Part shown: positions 12,701-24,700 of the stretch, in pieces
Layout: every line of letters starts with the position of its first letter
Numbering within the stretch: position 1 is the first letter of the stretch
NCBI GenBank assembly: GCA_964565945.1
Contig: CAZMGY010000018.1
Coordinates: 30,001-62,000 of the forward strand
Length of the DNA: 32,000 nucleotides
Reading direction: 5' to 3'
Source of the DNA: an uncultured bacterium
GTDB taxonomy: Bacteria > GCA-001730085
Notes under the pieces: generated by a model
What the model saw: only the letters and a program-made list of their open reading frames with translations
Databases searched by the model: none
What the model was told of the DNA's origin: nothing
Program-made: the position numbers and the translations under genes

Positions 12701-15700
12701 AGTCGACCATCGCGATCATAAAGCATATCGTTGCGAATTAGGGATTGCGCTACACCCCCTACTTTTTCTTCTTTTTCGATCGAAATATTTTGCCCTAGTG
12801 TGTTATAAATCATTTTTTTCACGAAAGTAGAAAAAGACTTCGCAGAGCTATTGTATCCATTCTCACGGTAACTGGTGATACGTCCCAATAAATCGTACTG
12901 AGTATCTTTACGAATGGTTTCGATGCGAATATTAGGTGCCGAACTATCACTCACTAACTCAAAGTAACCAAGATTTTGTCCAGCTGTGTTGTAGTTAATA
13001 TTTGATCGTGAACTATAAATGGTTTTATTGAGTGGATTATTAAACGAATCGCGACCTTGCTCATAATTGACTTCGTTATAGGCTGTGTTGCGTCCTGATG
13101 AATCATAAGTTAAAGCTTGCCATATACGTGTTTTGTTCAAATCGGGTGCATCTGTCGAGCGTGTGATCTCTTCGAAGGATTGTGTGCGTCCAGCGACATC
13201 GTAGCGCATATTTTGGCGTTGTGTCACAGTTAGTTTTTCAAGCAACGAGGCATCTACTTTAAGGTATTTTTTGCTTGAGCGATCATAATCAAGATTTTGA
13301 CGAATAATGTTAAAAATACTTCCTTTATAATGCGCAAACGTATCAGTTAAAGTCATTTTTGTAAAATTCGAAAGCTCCTCAAAAGCATTAAGAACTTTTC
13401 GTTCACCATTAATGTAGCCATTGTTTTCTAATTCGGTCCAAAGCATTGCTTTTTGTGCGACTGTCAAATCAAGCGCATCAAAAACGGATGCATCAAGTTT
13501 ACCTTTAAATTCAGCGTTCAAATAGTTAAGATATTCGGTCACAACACTGCGTTGATTAGAAGAAATAGTTGCTTTTTGATGCTTGCTGATATCTTGATAA
13601 ACAAACTTAAGTCCGTCTTTATAAATAATACCTCCGTTAACAAGGTTTGTTAATTCTATTTTCGAGAATTTAAACAAATTGACCTCATATTGTTTAATAA
13701 TCACACTTTTTTGCTCAGAAACGTCCTGATAGGCCTCGACGCGTCCTAAAGCATCATAAGTCATGCCAGTTCTTAAGGTTAAAACATCTAAATCAGGCTT
13801 GTCGTCGCTGTTGGTACGCTCTCGATAGCCCGTTAGCTGTCCACCCCAGTTATAAATCATATCTGATCTTTGCACCAAAGTCCGTTGTTTAGGCGACTGC
13901 GAATTATACTGTTCTTCGATATAGGAACTATTCTGACCCAGGGCATTGTAGACCATGTTGCTACGAATATGGGTTTCTTTGCTATCAAACTCTAGACCAA
14001 CACCTAGTTTATGGTTCACATCAACGTATCCCAAGGTTTTGCTTTCTTCGTTGTAAATGATATTGATTCGCGTATTCATTTCTAAGATATAAGCATCATT
14101 GGCCACAAATTCAGGAACTTTTTGACCATAGGCATCACGAACAAAATCTCCTGAACTATGTGTTTTCTTGAAAAAGATATCTGGTCCAAGTTGAGAATGC
14201 CAACGTCCATAAACAATTTTGCGTGTCTCTGGATCCGCTGAATCATAGTAATAAACTGGATAAGATAGAGAATCTGTTCTTGTTGCATTGATGCTTGCCA
14301 TCGAACCATCAGCTAAGTAAAGCTGTGCACCCTTTTCATCCTTAAGGTTCAAAACTCCAAGAACTTCTTTCATAACAATATTATGATCAGTGTCTTTATA
14401 CAATTTAAGACCATTAATTACTTCGACCGTCAAATCTCTAGGATCAAACTCTGCTTGTCCAGACTCGCTGAATTCACCGTTATAAGTGAATAAATCTACA
14501 TCTGTGTCTAACAAATCGCCGTAAATAGCTTCTTTAAGCACATTGTTTTCGATGTAGTACAGATCCTCACTTTGATCATTCTTAAGAATCTGATCTTCAC
14601 GATAATAATCAAAATAGTAAGGCTGATTGCGATCATATTGATCTTCGCTATAGGTTTTGAACTCTCCCGTTTGCAAAGGGTTACCATCGGCATCAATATT
14701 GTAAGGATTGTTGTTGGTTTGATCTTGATACGAAGCCATCTGCCCCAATGAGTTATAGGTAACAAAACGTCTTTTTGTTTCTTTGTAGTTATTTAGCAAT
14801 CCTTTAATTTGATCTTTTTTATATTGAAATTTTTGGAACAACAGAACGTTCTGAATGTTAGCTGCCGACAATCTGCTTCCGCTATCGTTGATGTAAAGAT
14901 CCGACGCCATTAGCTTTTGACGTGTTAAAGGATCTGGAGAATCATAGATATGTTGAGAAAAAGATTGTGCAAAGCTTAATTTTTTTTGAACCGCATATAA
15001 TCCTTTGAGAATCTCTCCATCTTTGCCATAAAGAGTCTGCGCTTTGCCAAAAACATCATAAAGTTTTTGAGCTGGATCCCACATGTAATAACCTTCTTCT
15101 TCGGTCATAACACGCTCAAATGAGGATGAAGATGCAATAGCATCCATAATGGCCTGCTTCATTTCTTCCACTGATTGATAAGTTCCGTTTGGGTAGCTGT
15201 CCAAAAGTAATTGATTAAGGTCATAAAATACGCCATCAACTTTGATACGGCCCATTTTGAAAATCACACCTTGGCTCACTTGTGTTGTTTTGAGCTTAAT
15301 CCGATCTGTGATTTGGCCCAATTCATCTTCAATTTCAAGCACCTCACCCTTAATCAGTTTAGCTTTTTTCTCCGCCGTATAAGTATCCCAGTTGGCCGGA
15401 AGCTCATACAATTGTTCCACTTCATTCGTAAATTCACCCCCTTCGTGAATCAGATCATCATAGGCAATTTGTTGACCAAAACGGTTGTAACGTGTGTTAG
15501 TTCGCTCGGTTGTTGTTATCTGTTGAGTTTGATCGTTTTTAACAAACTGCACATAACCAAGAACATAGCCTTGTGAATCGTAAGTTGTACCCTTACGAAC
15601 AGTATGAGTGAGTTCGTTGATAGTCAAAGGCTTGCTCACTGTTTGTAGGTTTAAATTTTTACTAACACCGCCTCGCATAACTCTTAATGTTTTTTGCTCT

Positions 15701-18700
15701 AACAAAAGTTTTTTCTCATCTGGGGTTAAATCATCAAAGGAAAGAGAGCCATCTTCAGAAATGTTTTCGTAGTCATATAAGCTTTGCTGAACAGTACCAT
15801 CATCCGTTTTACGGTTGGTTTCGGTGTAAGAAACTTCTTGACCAAAACCGTTGTAACGAATCATTTGTTTTTCTTTACGCTGAATCGTTGCATCCACTTT
15901 GTTGTTCGAAATCTCGGTGAAGCTCTCAATTTGACCAAAAGAGTTATAGCTAACATTTTCACGGCGTGTAAAATTCTTTTCTTGAATTTTTTTCTTAATC
16001 GACTTACGAATATAGCCCATATAAACACTGCTTGTTTCGATATATTTATCAATGAACTTAACAATAACACCATCATTGGCAGGTTCTGAAGGATCCTTTT
16101 TAATCAAAAAGTCTAATTCTGAACCTATCGAAGCTTCGACAGAACTCGAAGCTGAAGCTAAAGATTGCAAACGGCTAACGGTGTTTTGATAACGAGTGAA
16201 TAATATATTCATTTCTTGATCACTAGCGAGTTCTCGACGTTTGTAGTTAGCTTCAATGCCTTTTAACTTTAGGTCTGGTTTTGCACCAAGCACTTCGGGA
16301 GAATCCACGGCTCCAATCCAATCGGTATGATGTTGGTTGATCGACTGAGCAAGTGTTCGAATATTATCGTTCAATTGCATTGAATCTAGGGACAGATTCA
16401 TCACGGACAATTCCTTGGCAAAATAATCTGCAATAGAATCCGAGCTAAGCTCCAAAATGGCTTTAGATTTTGTCAAACATTCTGTGATATCACCATCAAC
16501 CTTGCTAGACGACTCAGTGAGCAAACGGTTACGCTGTTGGTAAATCGAATCTGAACTCGGTTTATTCGATTCTGTGTAAGGCTCATAATTATTCGTTTCA
16601 TCATCGTCAGTCATGATGTACAGCTTAACAAAGTTATTGTGTGCGGTTGGCAACATGTCGGTGTAATCATCATTAACATAATTATGAACCTCCTTTTTAA
16701 TATTATTGGTAACATTTGTTTTAATAGCTTCGACAGCTGCACGAATCTTCATAGATGCAATGTATCTTTCCTGATCATTAGAAGCGCTTTGATGCGCATT
16801 CAAAAGACTTCTCCAATTATAAGTACCTGTCGATGCCCCAATGCTCAAGGTTCCATGATTTAAGGTCAGCACTGCTAATTGCGCATTGGTTAATGAAGTT
16901 AAATCAGCAATACTCACATGATCTAATTGATTAACAAGGGTTAAGCGATTAGCAGCCGTTGGTGATGCCAAATAGGCATTCACGCTGGCATTGAACTGCC
17001 CGCGGGTCACATTTTGATTTTGATCAATCGCATTAAGACCACTTTCGATAAGACCACTTCTGATACGTTGAGATTCTTCGGAATAAATGGCATTGAACAA
17101 GGATGTATCATCATAATTCTTGTTAGTATAAGTGCGATCGCCATTAAATCGTGACCAACCCGCCTTATCGATAATATTATTAAATGCGAATGTTCCTGCC
17201 CCTGCATCATCGTACTGTCTAAGACCAAAAAAGTCTCCACGTGTTTCCCAATAATCATAGGCATCTGAAAAATACTGATCGTTAACATGCGTCCTAATTC
17301 CGTTAACAATAGAACCCTGCCCCATTGAACCAAGAGTGTTGTTGGAGAGTGTATTATCAAAGGCAGTTTCGTAGTAAGTGCGATAGTCGGCCAAATCTAC
17401 ATTTCCCCGATTAATACGATCCTGAGCAGCATTACGAGCCCTGCTTATAAGGTCATAACGTTGAAGTTCCTCAGAGATAAAATTATTCACAATGGCAATG
17501 TTGGAAAAATTGTCCGCCACTTGAGTTGCTCCATAAGCTGATGCATGCTCCACTTGCTCAATAAAAGTATGAATATCATTGGCTTCAGGAGCAGCGCTCG
17601 TGTAATTGTAAAGGTTTTCTGTTACTCCAGCCTTTGTACTTGCACGTGATGCAGAAATATCCCCTTGAGGAGCAGGTGTAACAACCCGATCGGTGATCAA
17701 AGATCCCATAAGGGCTTCGAGGCTTTGATCTCTTGCTTGACCATCAGCTAAGTAGGAATCATTGGTTTTTACATTCATTTGATTTGTGATGAACTGATTC
17801 GTAACATCCCGAATGGCCGTAAATTTAGCACGCGCATTATTACGATTCGCAATCGCTGTATCCGCAGCTATTTTTTGTGATCCAACAAGTGCTTCATCGG
17901 CAGAAACACCTTTAACGGCCATTTCTTTCAGAAGACTCATATTGGCTTTGATCGATTCTATGATCAAACCAGCAAAATCACGTATTTGATTGGCCGCTGC
18001 ACGTCGAGATTGTTGCAAAGTGGTCGAACCTGAGTTATTGTCCATAATCGTTTGCGCAGCATCGTAAAGTCCTTTGTAGTCCACATAAGCATCGTTTTCT
18101 TCTTTGATTTTAAGAGCATTAATAATTCTTTGTTTCGATACACTGGCAATCGCTCGAGAAATATGAAAACCAGGTTTTGTTTGAAATGATGCAGGTCGAT
18201 TTCCATAAGGTGAAAAGGCAGGTACTTGAAAATCAGCAGGATTGGGTGTAGCGTAGTTGGGATCATAGATATCAAGAATGCTATCGGCTTGATTTGCAAA
18301 ATGAGTCGCAAATCCAGTTGCGTTTAAAACTCGTAAACGAGCAAGCTGAGTATCAATCACATCTTTCAAAGCTTTATCAGCATCTCCCGCATCCGCATTG
18401 TAATTATTCTGAATCAAAGGCTTGTAAGCAGGAATGGCTTTATCAATATTGTTAATGATCCAATCACTATGACCATTCATTGATTCTGTCACATCCATGA
18501 TGCCAGAGGTATGAAGTAAGACCTTCTTGCGAAATGCAGTTTGAATATCATCATAAGAATCGTTTTGCTCATCAAATGCCAGGATCATTAAAACGGCATT
18601 TTTTTTCTGAATATCATCAGCAGTAACAGCATCTTGATACATTTGACGCAAATTATAGGTTTGTGTATCTGATGCAAGTTTTTCTTGAAAAATAAAATGG

Positions 18701-21700
18701 GTTGGTAAATCAGACAGATTCGGACTTGTCGATGGATCGGCATCTTCGATGCTCACCATCGTGGCAGAACGGTCTAAATCCACAAGTGTAAGATTATTCA
18801 CTAAATTGCTTAAAAAAGATTTGTACTCGCCATCGGGAAGATCTGTGTAATTAACGTGTGCCCTTGTAAGATTGAAGTTATCCCTGTCAGGATCTTCCCC
18901 ATCCAAGTAAGCTCGTAAGAAGAGTTTCGCATGATTGATTAAATTAGAGGCATTCATATGAATATCTTGAACCCAAACCTCTTCCAAGTCAGTAATATTG
19001 TCATCGGGAATCCCAGAGCGAACCTCTTGTGAAATAATTTTGACAATGTCTTGCGCTTCTCGACGAACTAAGGCGGCTTGGACTTGTTTTTTGGCCTCAC
19101 CATAGCTCAAATTTGGTACTGAATCATAGTCAATGGTTCCTTCGAAAGCTTGTGCTGCATTGTATTGATCGACCGCAAATCCACGTAAAAGTGTATCGCG
19201 AATATTAAAATTTGGTGTGAAATAGTTGATTTGAATATTGTAATCATTAACGGGTAGTCCTCCATCAATAAATGCATTAAACTCTGTATTTCCTACGCTT
19301 TCATAGGCACGCGTTTGATAGTTGACTGTTTCGAACAAGCTGTCATTGAACAAGTTTGTCGTTCTCTCATAGCTTCGCGCATAATCACCTGCAACCAGTG
19401 TGTCTAGATCGGTAGGAAAAAGATTTTGATTGCTAGATCTCAACGTCGCAGTCACATTTTGTGTTGGATCGTTAAAGACCCTAATAGCCGCATCTTTGAA
19501 AGATTGTAAAAACACATTGGTTGCAGCCATCGCGTCAGCCTTAACCCCAGCATCCATGCCTTCGAACATATTGAAAACATCATGCAAATTAGCTCCTGCA
19601 GCAATTCGGTTGAAGGAGTGATCGCGCAATCTATCTGTTTGGGTGCGAATAGCGCTCATTTGCTCCACTTGAGAATCCATGTTGGCATGCATATCAGCAT
19701 ATTTTTTAAAAAAAGTGGCAATCATTTGTTCATAGTAACCAGCCAACACCTCCATGCGTTTAATGCCATACGAATACACATCATGCTTAATACGATAGGC
19801 AACATAATCCGCTGTCGGAGGAGAAGCACTCACTGCAGACAAAGCAGATAAAGCCGCTGTCATTTCTGTGGACGCATTTTGAAGAGTTGTGTTCGTTGCG
19901 TTGGTTTTATCGTAATCATTAGCATTCAATGTTGCAAACACATCTGGTGTAAAATATTCATAAACAGCGTTAGATGGAGTGGATAAATCTAGGTTTTTAA
20001 CTTTTTTAATGGTCGGATTAGCCCATTTTTGCAATTGAATGATCAACGCTGTGTTTTGAGAACGCGCAGAAAATGTTACACCAGCCGCCTTATTACGCAA
20101 TAAATCCATCTCTTCGTCTAACAAACGATCAATATCTGCAAAAAGACTCCCCATAGGCTCAAGCAGTTCGTACTTCATCATTTGCACCTTATGCTCTTCG
20201 ACCAAACGGCTTAAACCTGTTTGCTGATTGATAATGTCTTGAATTTGATCATTACTGATTTGATTAATCCGGCTTATGTATTGATTATTTTCGCTTTGAA
20301 CTGTGTGTAACGCATCGATATGTTGCTGCAATTCATATTGACGCTCAGCATAACGGTTTCTTTTGGTTTTTTCAGCATGATACTTACTCATAATGATTTG
20401 TAAGTTTTCACGCATATTATTAGATAAAGATGCCGAAATGGTGCGTTCAAAATGAAAGGCTTTATAGTAATGGATACCCTTAACTTCCTCCGTCGCAGTG
20501 ACCATATCGCAGATGACTTTGGATCCCTGAAGCAATTTGTATTTTTGGACAGCCGAAAAGGAATCTATCAAACCACCTACTCGCCAAAAATTATTCCATT
20601 CGGCTTGCGTCATCGACGTTGGCACCTCAAATTGAGCCTTCCAATCATTGCGCAAACCAATAAATGTCTGCGAATCCGTCAATTGACCATGTTCCGCGAG
20701 ACCAAAATATTCTTCCCAACGCTCTCTTTCTCCACTGTTAGCTGAGTCTTTATCGGGCAATAAAAAGGTATTGAGAGACACTTCTGATTTAGGTGCCAGC
20801 TGAAAGCTGCCTTGGACTGGAATTTGAACACGTGCAGCTCGGTCTCTTAATTCGGGTAAAGCAACACTGTGTGTTTGATCCCATAGATTAAGGATTTTGG
20901 TTTTGTCACTAACCGAATAGGCAAACTCTAGCAACTTAGATGCCAAAATGGTTCGTGTGGCTATATTCCACACAATATGGGTATCCTTATTCGGATCAAT
21001 TTTGATTAGGTTGTGGACAATCATTTGCTCGATCGTTGCATTCGATAACAAATACGCGCTGCCTAACTCTATACGTGTCATTTCACGAGCTGATTTTCCA
21101 AGAAGGATCAATTGTTCCTCGGATGTTAACGTATTGTAACCAAACGAAGGACTTAACCAAAAAGCCCTCCACTTGCTTTGATAACTAACCTCTTCTCCGT
21201 CTTCATGCACAACAAATTCGGCTTCAGTATCCCATCCTTCGGGAGCCTCAAATAAGCCTTCGAGTTCGTTACCAAACAGTTTTTCAGTGATTTCAATCTT
21301 GGAAACAATTGCATTGATACGGTCGTTGATAAGAACTTTTTCTTCGAAGAGTTCGGCAATTCGCTCATCATCAACAGGCGATTCTAAGGTATTAAGCGTT
21401 AGATTGAGATTGGCCAAGGCACGACGTTCACTGGCTAGGTTTTCTTCCAAGCTCTTCTTATAGTTATTAATAACATTTTTCATAAGAGAGTTGGAAGGAA
21501 TCGCAGATTTGTCAGGATTTTCTTCATTCTTGGCCTGAACGATGTTGTAAATCACTTCGCGCATCACATTGCGTGTTTCTTCGCTTAATTCACCCGATTC
21601 TTCCAATAATTCGGAAATAATACGATACTCAGAACCCGAAGGAATCTCGATTTTCGTTTTTGTGATTACTTTTTCCTTTTGGTTATTCTTAAGTACCGCA

Positions 21701-24700
21701 AAAATAACTGCTTTTTGATCAGCTCTTTCATCAAGGGTAAATTCAACGGCTTCTTTCATTTGCAAAAATTTAGTTAACAATAAACCCTGAGCTAACAAAT
21801 AACCTTTGGCCTCCAATTCATCCCAAAGCTGTTGTGAATTAAGTCCTAAAGCATCTAAGTCATTCAAACCAATCACATCATTTTTTTTATTTTTCAAAAA
21901 GTTATAAATTTCTTCAGTATGCTCCGAGAAAGGTGCTTTAAGGTTAAGATCTTGATGGCGCAACAAACGGTTCATTTTATCGGTGTAAACCCCAACATTT
22001 TTGATGTAATTTTTTGCCACTAAATCAGCCCACATGGCTTTTTTCTCAGCATTTGTCCCCGTAACGGTCGAAAAGTCCTCCATCGAGATCAAGCCCCGAG
22101 ACATCGCCAACACATCCGATTTTTTAAAGCGATTCATCATCGAAGACGAGGCCACAGAAAATTTGATTGTTTCTTCTCCCAGAACTACAGAGCCCCCACT
22201 CAACACAAGTGCTTGCTGTTCTTCGTTAAGCTGGCTGAAACCATAGTGATCACTATTCCAAAAAGCATCCCACTTGGAACGATAATCCACGTCGGCGCCA
22301 TCTTCATTCACGGTATAAGACGTTTCCCAACCTGTTGGAATGCGGAAAAATGTTCCTAACTCTTCACTTGTGCTACCAATTTTGTAATCTTCTTGATCAT
22401 ACTCGAGTTCTTGGCCAAAGCTGTTATAAGCGATGTTATAACGAACCGTAATCTCTTTCATATTAGGAGATGCGTTTTTAACCCGAGATTCCTGATACGT
22501 CAAAAGCTTACCAAACTTATTGTACTGAATGTTTGTCCGTTCAGAGTGTGTCACGTCATCCACATCAAAGGCAGTTTCGTAATCAACAACAAAGTCATCT
22601 TGGATCGCATTGATCATGCCCGTGGTAAAATCTTTATCATCAATAAGACTGTCTTGATTGAGGTCGAAGCGAGCCCATAACGCAGGATTCACATTAGCTA
22701 GAAACTCATAAAGCATTAATTTCTTAATCAAGCTCAAGTCATAATCAAATTCATTCAACGTTCTAGCTCCAAATAGTCTGCGGAAACGAACTTCTCCCAA
22801 AGCTTGCTTCATATCTTTAACCGAAATAATTTCTTTGTCTGGAAAGTATCTTCCGTACTCCACGGCGCCTAATGCCTCAATAGCTTGCGAGCGTGTGACT
22901 TCTGTGGCAAATCCAAACAAACGGGTGTAATGGTTGTAGCCAAGATCTTGAGTTACTTTTTGAGCAAGCTTAACAAAATCATCAACCGAAAAGGTCGAAG
23001 CCGTTTCAAGCTTTTCGATGATCGATAACAGATAATTTTTTAGGGATTGGCCAGTTAAAGAATACTTTTGAATCGTTTGACCTTGTTTTTGTGATTTTTC
23101 AATGTATTGTTTTTCGCGACCAAAAACATCATAATAAATTCGTTTTTTCTCTTTGATGGTGATCGAATCTGGCGATGATGTGCTCACACTGCTCTCTTTA
23201 GTGTATCTTTCCTGGCCTAGTTTATTATAGATCGTGTCGTTACGATGGACAATATCAGTCACATCAATCCGGGCTTCGCTCAATACCGACTTGGATTTGA
23301 TCTCGACCACAGCATCTCCCTTCTCATCTTTTAAACCAGTGCGAATGGTTGTATTATCATCAGCTGTAATGGCCTTTAAAAGGGCATTCAAATCTTTTAT
23401 ATCTGATTCCTTAATGGTCAAAAGACCATCTTTCTCCAAAAAGAAATGTTGCTCTGGTATCAACTGGGTTTTGACATCTTGAGTTGGAGTTTTGTAACGC
23501 ATAACTTGAGCTTGTCCAATACGACGCGAAGCAATTGAACGTTTTTTAAGTAGTCCCGTTGTGTCATAGTGCATATCTCTCACATAATCGATGGTCAATA
23601 AATCAGGCTTACTGAGATTTTTTTTGGTTTCGGTATAACCGATAAGCTGAGACAAATCATTATAGGTGGCTCCAATCCGTGTATTAAATTCTCGTGTGTC
23701 AATCACCTCTTGCAACTGAATACCTTTGCGAGAGGCTAAAACACCCCCCGCAGCAAGAGAATCCACAAAACTGACGCGTGCCTGTTGAGAATTACTCCAT
23801 AGCTGAACAACAAAATCAATGTTTTTCTCGCTGTAATCAAACTGATTCAGTTTAGAGCGCAATTCGCTTTCTGATGTCACATTCCAATGAAAAAGGTCCT
23901 TATTGCTGGGATCGCTAACAAGAACCTGTTGTTCAACCGAATTGAGTGATGCTAGCAAGCTTGCATCCTCAAATGAAGCTCTTCCAATTTGACTTCCTAA
24001 CAATTCAGTGAAGCCTGTGGCCTGAGCATGAGGCATTTGATCAAGCTCATTCTTGGTATAATAACGTAAGTTTCCAGTAGCTTTAGCCACAACAGACTTA
24101 ACCTGATCACCATCGACATAAAGCGCTTGATCTTGAGCGCTCATTTCGTTCCACTCCTCTTGAGTCATATAGAAAGATGTAAGACCTGTATGGTCATCAT
24201 TAATATCTACTTTGTGAAGCAATTGCAACAGAGAAACTTTTTGGGGTGTACCATAGGCCTTTTTCTTCTCAAAATCCAAATTCGCCCACTCTGACTCCGA
24301 GAAAAAATCAAAAGTTCCTGGAGAATCGTTTTTTTCACTCATCACCAAAACGCTGCCATTTTGCAAAATTCGTTGAAACGATGAATCTTGATCATTGACT
24401 TTTTCAAGTTCATCTCTTAAGGAATTATAAAAGATTTCTGTAACTTGATAGCGATCAAAATAAGTCGTTATATCTAAAGAATTTCTAGCATAAGGCAAAG
24501 CTGAACCTTCAACGCGAATAAGCTGATGAGCCGTCCCTGCAATAGTAACACTTTGCCCAAACAAAAGCCGTTCTTTATCTTCAGATGCTAAACCATCAAA
24601 CACACCACCTTTGATCCAAAAGGTACTCCAGTTACCTTGAACCCTCGATGCGCGCATATCGAAGGCCGCCTGCCACGCACTACGATCGCGATCAAAGCCT

